A stretch of 40,673 nucleotides of DNA from a virus, in the UHGV virus genome UHGV-1386588. One strand, given 5' to 3'. Numbering within the stretch: the first letter of the stretch is position 1; every line of letters starts with the position of its first letter. Positions 8,626 to 18,474 of this stretch are shown here, piece after piece. Both the position numbers and the translations under genes were made by a program. The notes under the pieces were generated by a model, which was not told the origin of the DNA, did no database searches, and was given only the letters and a program-made list of their open reading frames with translations.

Positions 8626-9228
8626 TCATCCCCCGAATGCTGATGTAACGCTTCCGCCCAGCTGGCTCAGCAAGGATTCGTTTGGCGGTGTAGTGGATTT
8701 CATCCCGGAATTCTGCACCGCCGATGTGCTGACGCCATCCTGCATATCTGATTTATCTGCAACGCTAACGCTCTGCGTCTGCGACATGATCACTTCACGC
8801 AGGGTAAGCGTGCAGTTCAGCACGTTCTCGCTGGTTTTATCCGTTGTCACCTCGATGGCTCGCACCAGCATATTGCTGTAAACCCGCTTTCCGGTCACTA
8901 CATCGAACGGCACCCGAGAGGACTGGAGATCCAGTAGTTGCTGATAGGTCTCTTTCGGGCTAAGTCCGGCGCTGAGGCCGATTGACGATGTATCAATGAA
9001 GTCCAGCAACGAACCGCCACCAGCGAAGCCGCATTCCATTGTGACTTCGCTGGGGCGCTTATACGCATGATCGGCGATGAAGCCCGAAGCGCTATTCGTT
9101 GTTGGCTTCTCCACCGGGTGCTCAGTAATTTCGAGCGCATCAGAATGCTTTTCGGAGACGACCACGCTGGGGATCAGCAGGCCAATTCGCCGGGATTGCT
9201 GGCGAAAAATCGCTGATAAAATATCCAT
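8626..9228 (-). CDS. tail protein following tape measure (function unassigned)
   Basis: 200 aa; ATG at 9228 overlaps the TMP stop (TAATG). Confidence 0.55.
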   Translation of the reverse strand: MDILSAIFRQQSRRIGLLIPSVVVSEKHSDALEITEHPVEKPTTNSASGFIADHAYKRPSEVTMECGFAGGGSLLDFIDTSSIGLSAGLSPKETYQQLLDLQSSRVPFDVVTGKRVYSNMLVRAIEVTTDKTSENVLNCTLTLREVIMSQTQSVSVADKSDMQDGVSTSAVQNSGMKSTTPPNESLLSQLGGSVTSAFGG

Positions 9229-11243
9229 TATCTCGGTCCTGCGGGGAGTTGCTGGGTTAACTGTGAATTCACGCCCTTTTGACGATCAACAGTCAAACGG
9301 GCAGCCTCGCGCGGATCGGAAACGCCGTGGATGTTAATATTCGTTTCCTGCTGAATCACCGGGGCGCTGGTGGGCATGTTGCTCATTACTTTCGGAATGT
9401 AGTTACGCGTTTCCTGCGGCATTAACCCCATGCCATAGCGCTTAACATTCCCGATCCCCCAGTTATATGATGCCAGTGCTTTGCTAAGGTCTCCGCCGTT
9501 CTGCCGCAACAGCTGGCTGAGGTACTTAGCTGCGGCCTGAGCTGACTTTTGCGGGTCGAATACATCGTTTCCGCGAAGGCCCATGTCGCGCGCCGTACCA
9601 TCCATAAACTGAAACAGACCTTTAGCGCCAGCGCCTGAAACGGCGAACTGATTACCGCCAGATTCCGTTATGGCCACACTGCGCAATAACCCCTCCGGAA
9701 GCCGGTAGAGCTGTTCCAGGTTGGTAAGCATCGGCTGCATCCATCCCAGCAGTTCAGAGCCTGCTTTGGTTGGCTGTGGCCGCTTAACTGACTGGCCGAG
9801 CTGTTCAGGCTCATCATCACCGAACCAGCCGCGCACCGTTCGGCCCACGCTGCGAGGATCGAATCCCCAGTGCTCTTTAATCCAGTCGGCGGTACCGTTG
9901 GCGCTGTCTGTTACCATCGGCATCGCTGACGGATTTTCGCTGCCCTGATTTAGCAGCTGTTTGCCTATACTAGCGGCCTGCGCCCAGTTTCCATCTTTTA
10001 TGGCATTCAGCAAATCAGCGATCATGTTCAGCATCTTGCCGAACTCACCCATTTGCGAAATGAAGTTGCTAAAATCCCACTTTAGGGACCATGACTTGGG
10101 GTCAATACCGAGCAACTTAGCCAGCGCTTTTGTCAGGTCCGTAACAGTCTTTTTCAGGTCACCAATCATTTTGACGGCCTGATCAATTTCAGTCTTCCAT
10201 TTCCCCCAGTCAATCAGGCTTTTGCCACCTTCTTTCCACGTCTGGTAATCATCCAAGAGCAGACCAAGTGCAATAATAAGCGTCGTTATCATGCCCAAGG
10301 GTGATGACATGAAAGCGGTATTTAGCAGCCGCCATGCAACCAACAGCCCACTGAACAATGCGATAAGCTGCTGCGTGGCTGGGTTCAGCTTTTTGAACCA
10401 GGCGATCACACCCTCAACAGCTTGCCCAGTTCGCCATAACACGCGGGTAATCGCGTCACCTGCCCAGAGAATTCCTTTGATGATCTTCGTGATGACCGCT
10501 TCAATCTTCGGCCAGTTGTCGAGTATCTGCCTGCGGAAGTTATCAATACTGCCAGCAAGGCCACCAGCTAGGTTAGAGCCAATCTTGTCTTTCGCCTGTC
10601 CAAGCGTCATCGTCAGATTACGCATGGAGGTCATGAAAATATTGGACTGTTTAGCCGCTGACTCAGCATTAAAACCAATACGCTTTGCCGTCAACGCGTA
10701 CTCAGAACTGAGCTGCCCCATCCCTCTGCGCATCGCCATCAGCGTGTTTTCATCGATGCCAAGCATCTGCGCGTATTGTTTCGCGCGGTAATACGGCATG
10801 TTGTTGAGCTTTTGCCCAACGCCAGTAAAGATGGCCGCAGTATCACGCATCTTTCCGCTGGCATCGCGGGTCTGTACGCCCAGACGGTTCAGGAACCCTT
10901 CCGCCCCCGGATTGCTACGCATGAAACCAGCCAACCCTTCAAGAGAGGACATGGCCGACTCGGCGCTGGCACCGGTTTGCGATGCGGCATAGCCCAGCGC
11001 TTTGATGCCCTGGACGCTGGCCCCCGTCCGCTGGGATGCCCAGTAAATTTTATCCAGACCATTCGCGATCTGGGTGGTAAATCCGACAATGCTAAGCGCT
11101 GAGCCTTTCACCACCGCGCCGACCTTCAGAACGTTCGCGGTAACGCCTTTCAGCACGGCTTCAAACTTATTAGCGCCAGCCTGATCGATATCGAATCCCA
11201 GCGAAACAAGGAAATCTTTAATCGTATCTGCGTTACCGCTCAT
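9228..11243 (-). CDS. tail tape measure protein with C-terminal lytic transglycosylase (SLT) domain
   Basis: 671 aa, between chaperone and baseplate genes; alpha-helical/hydrophobic middle; C-terminal ITESGGNQFAVSGAGAKGLFQFMDGTARDMGL is an SLT-type catalytic-Glu/GLxQ motif. Confidence 0.85.
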   Translation of the reverse strand: MSGNADTIKDFLVSLGFDIDQAGANKFEAVLKGVTANVLKVGAVVKGSALSIVGFTTQIANGLDKIYWASQRTGASVQGIKALGYAASQTGASAESAMSSLEGLAGFMRSNPGAEGFLNRLGVQTRDASGKMRDTAAIFTGVGQKLNNMPYYRAKQYAQMLGIDENTLMAMRRGMGQLSSEYALTAKRIGFNAESAAKQSNIFMTSMRNLTMTLGQAKDKIGSNLAGGLAGSIDNFRRQILDNWPKIEAVITKIIKGILWAGDAITRVLWRTGQAVEGVIAWFKKLNPATQQLIALFSGLLVAWRLLNTAFMSSPLGMITTLIIALGLLLDDYQTWKEGGKSLIDWGKWKTEIDQAVKMIGDLKKTVTDLTKALAKLLGIDPKSWSLKWDFSNFISQMGEFGKMLNMIADLLNAIKDGNWAQAASIGKQLLNQGSENPSAMPMVTDSANGTADWIKEHWGFDPRSVGRTVRGWFGDDEPEQLGQSVKRPQPTKAGSELLGWMQPMLTNLEQLYRLPEGLLRSVAITESGGNQFAVSGAGAKGLFQFMDGTARDMGLRGNDVFDPQKSAQAAAKYLSQLLRQNGGDLSKALASYNWGIGNVKRYGMGLMPQETRNYIPKVMSNMPTSAPVIQQETNINIHGVSDPREAARLTVDRQKGVNSQLTQQLPAGPR

Positions 11244-11472
11244 TGGCCGCTCTCCATTTATCTACCCGGGCGTCGTTATCCTCGCGCATGTCGAGGTAGT
11301 CATTGAGAAGCGCGATACGGCAGAGGTCTACCGCACCGCTGTTAAGGTCTTTCTGGTCAATATGGAAGGCAAGCGCCGGACGAAGAATAAAGTCTTCACC
11401 GCCCGGCAGGCTGTTGAAGGTTATTCCGCTGGCGGGGTGGGCGTCTCGCTGGTAGGGAGTCCTTGCAAAAAA
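11234..11472 (-). other. -1 programmed-frameshift extension of the tail chaperone (gpGT-like fusion)
   Basis: Slippery heptamer T-TTT-TTG at 11466-11472 (minus strand) in the X-XXY-YYZ register of the zero frame; the -1 frame then stays open about 79 codons, across the otherwise non-coding 177-bp gap, to a stop at 11234 just inside the TMP start. Confidence 0.6.
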
Positions 11473-11846
11473 TTTCCCAGAGAGTCGGCGACCACCCGCG
11501 CCACCAGTTGCAGCATGGTCAGCAGGTCGATATCGTCAAACGCCATTTCGCCATGCTGGCAGACCGGCACCCAGCCTTTCATGTGCTCGCGTGAAACAAC
11601 GGAAAGGCAGGGGAACAGGATAGCGTCCACGTCGCCATCGCTCAGATCGGACACAGCATTGGCAATCTTTGGCAGGATGGTAGCCATCGCGCCTTCGGTG
11701 TCTTTGCTGCTGATCTTCTCCTGAACGCTCCGGAAGTCAGAAACCATCCCGGCCAGCACCGGCAACAGCTTGCGGGACACCTTCAGCTGTTCGAAAACGC
11801 TGAGCTTTGCGGTGCGATATTTCACGCCTTTAATTTCGAATTCCAT
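11421..11846 (-). CDS. tail assembly chaperone (lambda gpG analogue)
   Basis: 141 aa between tube and TMP genes; a slippery heptamer near the 3' end opens a -1 frame extension (next feature). Confidence 0.7.
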   Translation of the reverse strand: MEFEIKGVKYRTAKLSVFEQLKVSRKLLPVLAGMVSDFRSVQEKISSKDTEGAMATILPKIANAVSDLSDGDVDAILFPCLSVVSREHMKGWVPVCQHGEMAFDDIDLLTMLQLVARVVADSLGNFLQGLPTSETPTPPAE

Positions 11847-11849
11847 GCG

Positions 11850-12290
11850 TTAAAACTCCCCGAGAAGCTGGTCAATCTTGCCGCAGTCGAATACCCAGGC
11901 GACGGTTCCACCCTCTTCAGCGTTATTGAAATCAGGCTGTTTCTGGAATGCACACGAACGCGCAGTAGAAATATCACCCGATGCCGTGTTGCGAATGACG
12001 ATCACGTTATTGCCCCAGGTGGCAGAGGACTGGCTTTGCGCGTTATACGCCAGAGACAGCTTTTTATTCACCGGGGAGGTTTTGAGTAGCGTCACCGTAA
12101 TGGTGCCTGACTTATCGGCGTGCAGGCTGTGCATCACCTCGCCATCGGCACCGATGGTCATGGTGTTTTTGTTGCCGCCCATGGTCTGGGTGATACCTTC
12201 CTCAGAGTTCGCAGAACCCTGACCAAGATCGATAACGCCGGTCGGCCCGGTGAGCGACGCGGTTACATCGAGAAAAGAATAAGTTGCCAT
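11850..12290 (-). CDS. tail tube protein
   Basis: 146 aa immediately downstream of the sheath gene; strong RBS (AAGGAG); sheath-tube-chaperone-TMP order. Confidence 0.75.
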   Translation of the reverse strand: MATYSFLDVTASLTGPTGVIDLGQGSANSEEGITQTMGGNKNTMTIGADGEVMHSLHADKSGTITVTLLKTSPVNKKLSLAYNAQSQSSATWGNNVIVIRNTASGDISTARSCAFQKQPDFNNAEEGGTVAWVFDCGKIDQLLGEF

Positions 12291-12300
12291 TTATCGCTCC

Positions 12301-13461
12301 TTAGCGAACCACGTTGATCTGCACATCGGCATAATGAACTGCGCCAGCCAGCTTACAGGCCACCTGGATTAACGGTGCTTTGCGCGCTTCGCGGTCGGCC
12401 TGCGCCTGTTCGGACAGCGGTTGCGCATACACGTAATAGCCTTTGGTCAGCGTATCGCCGGAATTCAGTTGCCCGATAGGGCCACCATTCCACACGCCAG
12501 CCGCTACCAGACCGTTCGTGACGGACTGATCCATAGACTGTTCAACGTTGGAAAGCAGACGGGTCACACCGGCATCAGTCTGCGGAATTTTGGTGGTGCT
12601 GGTGTAAAGCAGGTTATAGAGGTTGGTCTGAACGTAGTTCTGCAACCAGTCGAGCCCGTGGCGCTCGTCGAAGAAGTCACCGTTCGCCATGACACCCTGT
12701 TGCAGGATCGCCGTGTCGTTGGCGTAGTACACGAACACGTTCGCATTCTTCGTATCCACCGCAGCCGCCTGGCCTACCGTCAACGTTTCGTAGGTTACGC
12801 TCGGTTCCTGTTTGAATTTCAGGGTAATGGTGGTATTGCTGCCGTTGAAATTGACAGTAAACGCGCGACCGAAAGCTGAAACCGCCGCATAAGGGCTGCT
12901 GGTGGAATATTGAATAAAGGTACGGGAATACTTACCGGCCTTTAATTTAGACGCAACATCGGTCGTCGAAGTCGTGCTGATGATCTCAGCGTCGGCTGAC
13001 GTTACCCCGAAAATGCGGCTCAGGCTGGACGCTTCGATGAGTTTAGCAACCTCAATCACGTCGTCAGCATCAAGCACATCATCGCCATCAGCAACATCAT
13101 CAGCGACAACCAGCCCATACCAGTTGGTATACTGCAGGCAGGCATTAACAGCTTGCACGATGGTTTCCACGCTTCCACCTTCGGAAGAGGTCAGCGTCTT
13201 CGCCCAGCGGCCAACATAAACCTGCGTCGGCTTCGGCGACTGGCTGAAGAAAACCTGCGCCGCTTCATATTCCGGGCTGTCGACTCCGAAGTCCTCGCCA
13301 ATGTCCTCAACGGACGCATAAAGGCGGACGCGTTCCTGCACTGGAATGACAGTGGAAGAACCGAGGATCAGCAGCGCGCCGAAGTTACGACCAGTAGCCG
13401 CTTTCGGCGAGATGATCACATCAACGTTTACAACGTTGGATACAGGTAAGCCCTGCGTCAT
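12301..13461 (-). CDS. contractile tail sheath protein
   Basis: 386 aa directly upstream of the tube gene; size and position typical of Mu-like sheath proteins. Confidence 0.75.
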   Translation of the reverse strand: MTQGLPVSNVVNVDVIISPKAATGRNFGALLILGSSTVIPVQERVRLYASVEDIGEDFGVDSPEYEAAQVFFSQSPKPTQVYVGRWAKTLTSSEGGSVETIVQAVNACLQYTNWYGLVVADDVADGDDVLDADDVIEVAKLIEASSLSRIFGVTSADAEIISTTSTTDVASKLKAGKYSRTFIQYSTSSPYAAVSAFGRAFTVNFNGSNTTITLKFKQEPSVTYETLTVGQAAAVDTKNANVFVYYANDTAILQQGVMANGDFFDERHGLDWLQNYVQTNLYNLLYTSTTKIPQTDAGVTRLLSNVEQSMDQSVTNGLVAAGVWNGGPIGQLNSGDTLTKGYYVYAQPLSEQAQADREARKAPLIQVACKLAGAVHYADVQINVVR

Positions 13462-13464
13462 AGT

Positions 13465-14028
13465 TTATTCTCCAAAAAAGGTGACTGGCGCTTCCACCAG
13501 CGATTTAATACCGTACTCGCGCACAACCTTCCGGCGCAGGCGCACCGTCATGTCGTAGCGGCGAACCCATTGCTGGTTGATAAGTTCGGGGAAAGGGGTC
13601 AGACCGGTATAGTCGCCCAGAGACAAACCAAGCGCGTTCAGCTCAGCATTGTTTTGCGGGACAGATATGCCATCGCGAAAACGGGACGCATAAGACATAC
13701 CAGCCGGGCCATAGAACGACGCCATGCACTCGAACGTTTCATGCCGCCAGAGCTGAGCGCCCTCGTCGGTCTGATTGGTGAATGCAGGGTTGTTATCAAT
13801 GAGCAACCCGGTAACGCCAAACGCGCACCAGTTCGTTTCAACGGGTGGCAGTGGCGGCTGATTTTTCTGCCAGCGCGGACGAACCATTCCAGACGGCAAG
13901 CCGGAAACATTGCGCATCCACTGGCTTAACAGCCTGTCTAGCGCTTCGTCATAATCCGGATCGCCGCTGGTGGGTGTCAGCCAGCCGCGCTCTGTGCTGG
14001 TGTTATTGCTCAACGGGAGTTCCCCCAT
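13465..14028 (-). CDS. tail/neck protein (function unassigned)
   Basis: Start set at internal ATG (14026-14028) to limit overlap with the upstream gene; the ORF-track start at 14091 is TTG. Confidence 0.5.
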   Translation of the reverse strand: MGELPLSNNTSTERGWLTPTSGDPDYDEALDRLLSQWMRNVSGLPSGMVRPRWQKNQPPLPPVETNWCAFGVTGLLIDNNPAFTNQTDEGAQLWRHETFECMASFYGPAGMSYASRFRDGISVPQNNAELNALGLSLGDYTGLTPFPELINQQWVRRYDMTVRLRRKVVREYGIKSLVEAPVTFFGE

Positions 14029-14392
14029 CAAACGGCAGTAATTCGCAATGTGCCTGGACGAAGCCAGCACCGTAAGCCGTGTACGGGTCAACGAATGTCA
14101 CACGATAATCACGGTTCTGGTACGTCACGATATCGGCGTCACGGCCAGTCTGCCCCTGCGTCAGCCGCTCAGTTGTCACGATGAGAATCGCGCCACTGAT
14201 AACCTGGCCGGACTGCATACGTCGGTTTTCGAGAGAGCGGTCAACGGTAACAACTCCGGCAAACTGCGTTTTAACTTCGCTGTCGCTGCCGATCCCGTCC
14301 TCGTCCACCGTTTGCGCGCGACGCGTTACCCACAGGTTGAAGTCGCAAAAATCGGGGTCAAAAAGTACGTCCGTCACATCAAGATTCGGCAT
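14003..14392 (-). CDS. head-tail joining / tail completion protein (putative)
   Basis: 129 aa, ATG at 14392, overlapping neighbours by a few codons in the head-tail connector block. Confidence 0.5.
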   Translation of the reverse strand: MPNLDVTDVLFDPDFCDFNLWVTRRAQTVDEDGIGSDSEVKTQFAGVVTVDRSLENRRMQSGQVISGAILIVTTERLTQGQTGRDADIVTYQNRDYRVTFVDPYTAYGAGFVQAHCELLPFDGGTPVEQ

Positions 14393-14966
14393 CTTTATCC
14401 CTCACAATATGGGTAATGGCTCTGCGGTACTGTCCGGTATCAATCAACGGCCTTACATTCTCATTGCTTATCAATTGACCAGAATCTGGGTTGATAGCAT
14501 TAAGCTTTCCGTCTGCCGATCTGCGTGCTAACTCAGCTTTCGCCCCTTTGCGCCCTCGACGCGCGCGGGCTTCAACGGTGCTATCAGCAAGCGGTGTAAA
14601 GCCGGTAATGGTCATGTAACGCCTGACGCCATTCGCGGCCAGCGTTCCGGCGCGGTTAAGCGCTCTTTCCGCACCCGCCGCATTTCCATCAAGCGCAGCC
14701 TGCGCCGCTGCTTTGAGCTGCGGCACCGTCTGTTCCTCTACGGATTTAACGCCGGGGATCAGGTGCGGGCGTGGGGGGATGTTTTGCGCTGGTGAGCCGT
14801 ATTCGTTGACGTAACCGATCCCGGCATTACCAAACGGAACATCCTCACGCTCGCTGTCTTCTTCCGGGATGCCCACCAGCACATCCTTTTTGGTTAGCGA
14901 CCGGAGCGCATCCAGAATGGCCTGAGCGTTATCAACCCTCGTTGTTACACCACTTTTGAAACTCAT
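14379..14966 (-). CDS. head-tail connector protein (putative)
   Basis: 195 aa, ATG at 14966 overlapping the upstream stop (ATGA). Confidence 0.5.
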   Translation of the reverse strand: MSFKSGVTTRVDNAQAILDALRSLTKKDVLVGIPEEDSEREDVPFGNAGIGYVNEYGSPAQNIPPRPHLIPGVKSVEEQTVPQLKAAAQAALDGNAAGAERALNRAGTLAANGVRRYMTITGFTPLADSTVEARARRGRKGAKAELARRSADGKLNAINPDSGQLISNENVRPLIDTGQYRRAITHIVRDKDAES

Positions 14967-15370
14967 AGCTGGCGACCGCCCGCACCGAACATCGTGATCA
15001 GCTGATAAAATTCAGCGCCATATCGGGTGTTATTCCAGAAGCCTGCGTCAGGGTTTAGCGTCGCGCTGGTGTCATAGCTGACGCTTACCTTGTCAACGGA
15101 CTTGGAGGACTGAACACCATTGGTTGAGCCACCCGGGCCGCCGACGAGCATTGCCCGGCTATCTGCCGCCCAGAGCGTCATGTAGTGAGCCACGAACAAC
15201 TCGACAAAGTACGGAAACAACTCTTTGCCGGTGACGTTTTCGCTCAGCAGCACATCAGCCAGATTCAGACGAAACTGGATTTGTGCTTCGGGATATTTGG
15301 CAGGGTCAGCAAACTGTGGAAAGTCGCGCCGAAAATCACTTACTGTTGGCAGGCTTTGATTCTTTGGCAT
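14963..15370 (-). CDS. head completion protein (putative)
   Basis: Start set at ATG 15368-15370 (MPKNQSL...); the longer ORF-track version would overlap the upstream gene by about 130 nt. Confidence 0.45.
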   Translation of the reverse strand: MPKNQSLPTVSDFRRDFPQFADPAKYPEAQIQFRLNLADVLLSENVTGKELFPYFVELFVAHYMTLWAADSRAMLVGGPGGSTNGVQSSKSVDKVSVSYDTSATLNPDAGFWNNTRYGAEFYQLITMFGAGGRQL

Positions 15371-15725
15371 CTTTCGCCCCATTACCGCCAGTCTGGGCGG
15401 CAGCAATCTGCGCTTGCAGGCTGTCGTTCTGCTCTTGCAGCTTGAGCAGCGCTTCTCGCAGATCGGCAATCAACTGATCTTTATCGATAATCTGCTTATC
15501 TTTGTCGGCAATCTGAGCTTGCAGGCTGTCGATAATGGGTTGCAGATCATCGGTGTCGCTAATCACGCTTTCGGAAAGCTCGGAGTGCGCCTGGGTGAAC
15601 CAGTGCGACGCGACCTCTTCCGGTACGTTATGCCGTCCCCGGCCAAACTCCCTTTTTGACTGATCGCCGAGCGTCAGCGTAAACGGGGTGTGAACATGGA
15701 TGGTAACCAGCTTTTCTTTCGCCAT
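15336..15725 (-). CDS. coiled-coil protein downstream of major capsid gene (function unassigned)
   Basis: 129 aa, ATG at 15725 with AAGGGAA RBS; C-terminal heptad-like Q/A/L/D repeats ([44 protein letters not shown]). Confidence 0.55.
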   Translation of the reverse strand: MAKEKLVTIHVHTPFTLTLGDQSKREFGRGRHNVPEEVASHWFTQAHSELSESVISDTDDLQPIIDSLQAQIADKDKQIIDKDQLIADLREALLKLQEQNDSLQAQIAAAQTGGNGAKDAKESKPANSK

Positions 15726-15766
15726 TTTCAGTTCCCTTCTGGCCCCTTTCGGGGCCGTTCTGGTTA

Positions 15767-16708
15767 TCAGATACCGTCCACGTAGGACAGGGTTTCTTTG
15801 TACACTGGCTCAACCGCACCGAGCTTGCCGTAGTAGGTCGCAATCTGATACAGACCGCGATACTGGACAGGAACGCTCTGCAACGGCACCAGCGGATAGC
15901 GCACGTATTTCTTGTCGTTGGTGTAGGCGATCATACGGTCTTTACCGCCAACCCCACGCCCTTTCAGCCATTTGACCGCTTTGATTTCAAGCGGAACGCC
16001 GTTCTGGTGGAAAGCGATAGTGTTCACAGCCAGATAGGTCAGCAGTGACTGGTTACCCGCTTCGGAAACCTTACGGCTCGCCAGCAGTGAATACTGCTCT
16101 GGCGGAATGCGCAGATCAGAAGGCACGATGGAATAACCGGATGCTGCCCAGGCATTAGACAGAATGCTGTTCACGCTATCGAGGATCTCGTCGTTGGTTG
16201 AGTTCGCCCAGGTCTTCGGCGCGTTGTTCAGCGTCACACCGACGAGGTTTGCCAGACCTTTCAGGCCGAGTGCGTCATCACCGATGTAAACCTGCTCGTC
16301 GTTGTCCATCTGCCATTTGAGCTGCATCCCGTCGTACTTCTGGGTATCAATCGGGCGGCCTACCTGCTGAGCAGCTGCCAGCTCTACAACGGTCCAGCCC
16401 AGTTCCATACCCCAGAGGTTCAGTGGATTGCCGTCTTTGCTGATATCCACGTTCACGCCAGCAATAGCGGTGGAGTCTTTGCCTACCCAGTTTTTACCAT
16501 TCGGATTTGCACCAGTACCCGCAGCGGCGAAGCTGGTATTCGTCCAGCTGGAAATGTCATCTGCGATAGACACGTCTTCACGCAGTTGAATATCTCGGGT
16601 CCAGGTGTACCCCACCAGAGGCAGGTTCAGCGTCTGGTCGAGTCGCTCCAGCTCCCCGATGAGAAAGGCACCGGAGCTATCTACGGTTGCCTGATCAAAA
16701 GTAATCAT
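15767..16708 (-). CDS. major capsid protein
   Basis: 313 aa with AAGGAA RBS, the largest head ORF after the scaffold/protease gene and before the connector genes; followed by a GGCCCC-TTTC-GGGGCC hairpin (15742-15757). Confidence 0.7.
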   Translation of the reverse strand: MITFDQATVDSSGAFLIGELERLDQTLNLPLVGYTWTRDIQLREDVSIADDISSWTNTSFAAAGTGANPNGKNWVGKDSTAIAGVNVDISKDGNPLNLWGMELGWTVVELAAAQQVGRPIDTQKYDGMQLKWQMDNDEQVYIGDDALGLKGLANLVGVTLNNAPKTWANSTNDEILDSVNSILSNAWAASGYSIVPSDLRIPPEQYSLLASRKVSEAGNQSLLTYLAVNTIAFHQNGVPLEIKAVKWLKGRGVGGKDRMIAYTNDKKYVRYPLVPLQSVPVQYRGLYQIATYYGKLGAVEPVYKETLSYVDGI

Positions 16709-16719
16709 TTGTCTGTTCC

Positions 16720-17223
16720 TTAAATCTTCCAGGAGATTTCTGCATTACCGTTAGCGTCACCGGCACCTGTGAATTCGGCGTTGGTCAGCGCCACGTTTTT
16801 GCCACTGACGGACGTGGACATGAAGCCGCCCAGCGGCACTTTGATGGATTCATCAGTGGAGACGACAACGTATACCGGGTCGCCTTTTTTGATGGTGCTG
16901 GCATCAAAATCAGAACCGAGATTAACGGTCATGTAGCCACGCTTCATGGCGTCACCCGGGAAGTTCTTATCCGTCCCCACCTGGCGAACCATGTCTGGCT
17001 GCGATGTGGTCGGATACGGACGAACGTAGATCCCCTTCACCTTGTCGGCGGTGTCACCGTCCGCCAGCGGCACGAAAAAGCCGTCAGCGTCATATTTGCC
17101 AGCCAGACCATAGGCAGCGAAGGCGTTAGCGGATTTAAGGATCACCGGTTCGACGGTTAAGTCCTGCGGGCGAGAGATAGCCCCGGCAATGCCAACAGGC
17201 ATCCGGTACAGATATGCAGTCAT
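16720..17223 (-). CDS. head structural/decoration protein (putative)
   Basis: 167 aa with AAGGA RBS, immediately upstream of the major capsid gene. Confidence 0.5.
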   Translation of the reverse strand: MTAYLYRMPVGIAGAISRPQDLTVEPVILKSANAFAAYGLAGKYDADGFFVPLADGDTADKVKGIYVRPYPTTSQPDMVRQVGTDKNFPGDAMKRGYMTVNLGSDFDASTIKKGDPVYVVVSTDESIKVPLGGFMSTSVSGKNVALTNAEFTGAGDANGNAEISWKI

Positions 17224-17227
17224 TGGA

Positions 17228-18460
17228 TTATCCTTTGCGGTTAGACCAGAAGTCGGCGTTTTGTTTGTTCAGGGAAGCGATGCTGGTCATGCCCATATTT
17301 GGACGTTGTGCATCGCCCGTGGTGCTGCGGGTGTTTCGCCCTTTGGCAATCTCAGACACGGCGTTAAACGCCATATCGACCGATTGCTTGGGCAATTTGC
17401 GGATATCTGCATCACCGACAACCTGGCGAACCAGTGTTTTGTCAGCGGCGGACAGCACATCACGTTTGAACGCGGTCGGTTTCACCTTACGGCTCAGATC
17501 GATACCCGGAACGATAACTTCGGCACGATAAGCAGCGTCACCGGTAATCGTGGTTTCCTCTTCGTCGTCCTCACCGTCGCCGGTAGGGTCTTTGTTATCT
17601 TTGCCGTCAGGCTTATCGTCGTTATCGCCCGTTGCAGTACCTTCCAGCTTAGCCAGCAGGGCTTTGAGCAAGGTTTTGATATCGTCCTCGCCGTCGCCGG
17701 TTGGCTCTCCGCCCATTTCCGGCTTTTTGTCCGGCAATGGTTGCTGCGGTGAAAGGTTAATGTTGAGGTTAACGCCGCTCGGCAGATCCCCTTCGTCACC
17801 CGTTACCGCCGCTGGCGCAGAGTCCAGCAGTTCGTTCATGGTGTCAGCGTCACCCGTTTTGATGGCCGTGCGCATGCGGGTCCACCAGCTTTTCTTTTGA
17901 TTTGCCATTGTGTCTCTGTCTCCAATTGCACAACGATTTCCGGCTCTGCCTTTAGGGACAAGAGCCACATGGTTTCCGGTAATATCGACCTGCTCGGCTT
18001 TACCTGGCTCGGTCTGCTCGTACTCCGCGTCATAGCCGCACGACACTTCGCGCAGACCATCTTCGATAAGCTGAATGGCGCTTTCGTCTTTGACGATAAG
18101 GTCTGCCAGCATCAAATCAGACTGATCACCAGTCCCGCGCCGAACGTTCTGAAGATGCCCGACCGCAAGCTCTTTCCAGTTCTCGGGGTTGACCAGCCGC
18201 ACATTCCCGTTTTCATCTTCAGGATGCAGGATCGTGATGCTCATCCCTTCGAATGAGGCGAGCGTGGCCGGATGGAATACCTGATCAGGAGAGCGCGTTA
18301 CGACTATCTCGCCGAGCTTGTCGGGTTTGAGGTTTGGCAGATCGGCAGCGCCGTAAAGCTGCTTACCCGTTCGACCTATCGGCACGTCTTTGCACAGCAG
18401 CGAGCCGTCAGCCAGCTGATAACGGGTTTCCCCCAGCCGGGTATTGAAAAAATATTTCAT
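17228..18460 (-). CDS. putative prohead protease / scaffolding protein
   Basis: 410 aa between the Mu F-like gene and the capsid genes; globular N-terminal domain followed by a long acidic, Gly/Asp/Glu/Lys-rich low-complexity linker typical of scaffolds. Confidence 0.55.
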   Translation of the reverse strand: MKYFFNTRLGETRYQLADGSLLCKDVPIGRTGKQLYGAADLPNLKPDKLGEIVVTRSPDQVFHPATLASFEGMSITILHPEDENGNVRLVNPENWKELAVGHLQNVRRGTGDQSDLMLADLIVKDESAIQLIEDGLREVSCGYDAEYEQTEPGKAEQVDITGNHVALVPKGRAGNRCAIGDRDTMANQKKSWWTRMRTAIKTGDADTMNELLDSAPAAVTGDEGDLPSGVNLNINLSPQQPLPDKKPEMGGEPTGDGEDDIKTLLKALLAKLEGTATGDNDDKPDGKDNKDPTGDGEDDEEETTITGDAAYRAEVIVPGIDLSRKVKPTAFKRDVLSAADKTLVRQVVGDADIRKLPKQSVDMAFNAVSEIAKGRNTRSTTGDAQRPNMGMTSIASLNKQNADFWSNRKG

Positions 18461-18474
18461 GGTTTACCTGCGAT

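Noticed and set aside
12421-12879. 152-aa plus-strand ORF inside the sheath gene (also 10291..10791 in the tape measure gene and 17189..17752 in the scaffold gene)
   Set aside because: All antisense to long, contextually supported structural genes; no independent start signals.
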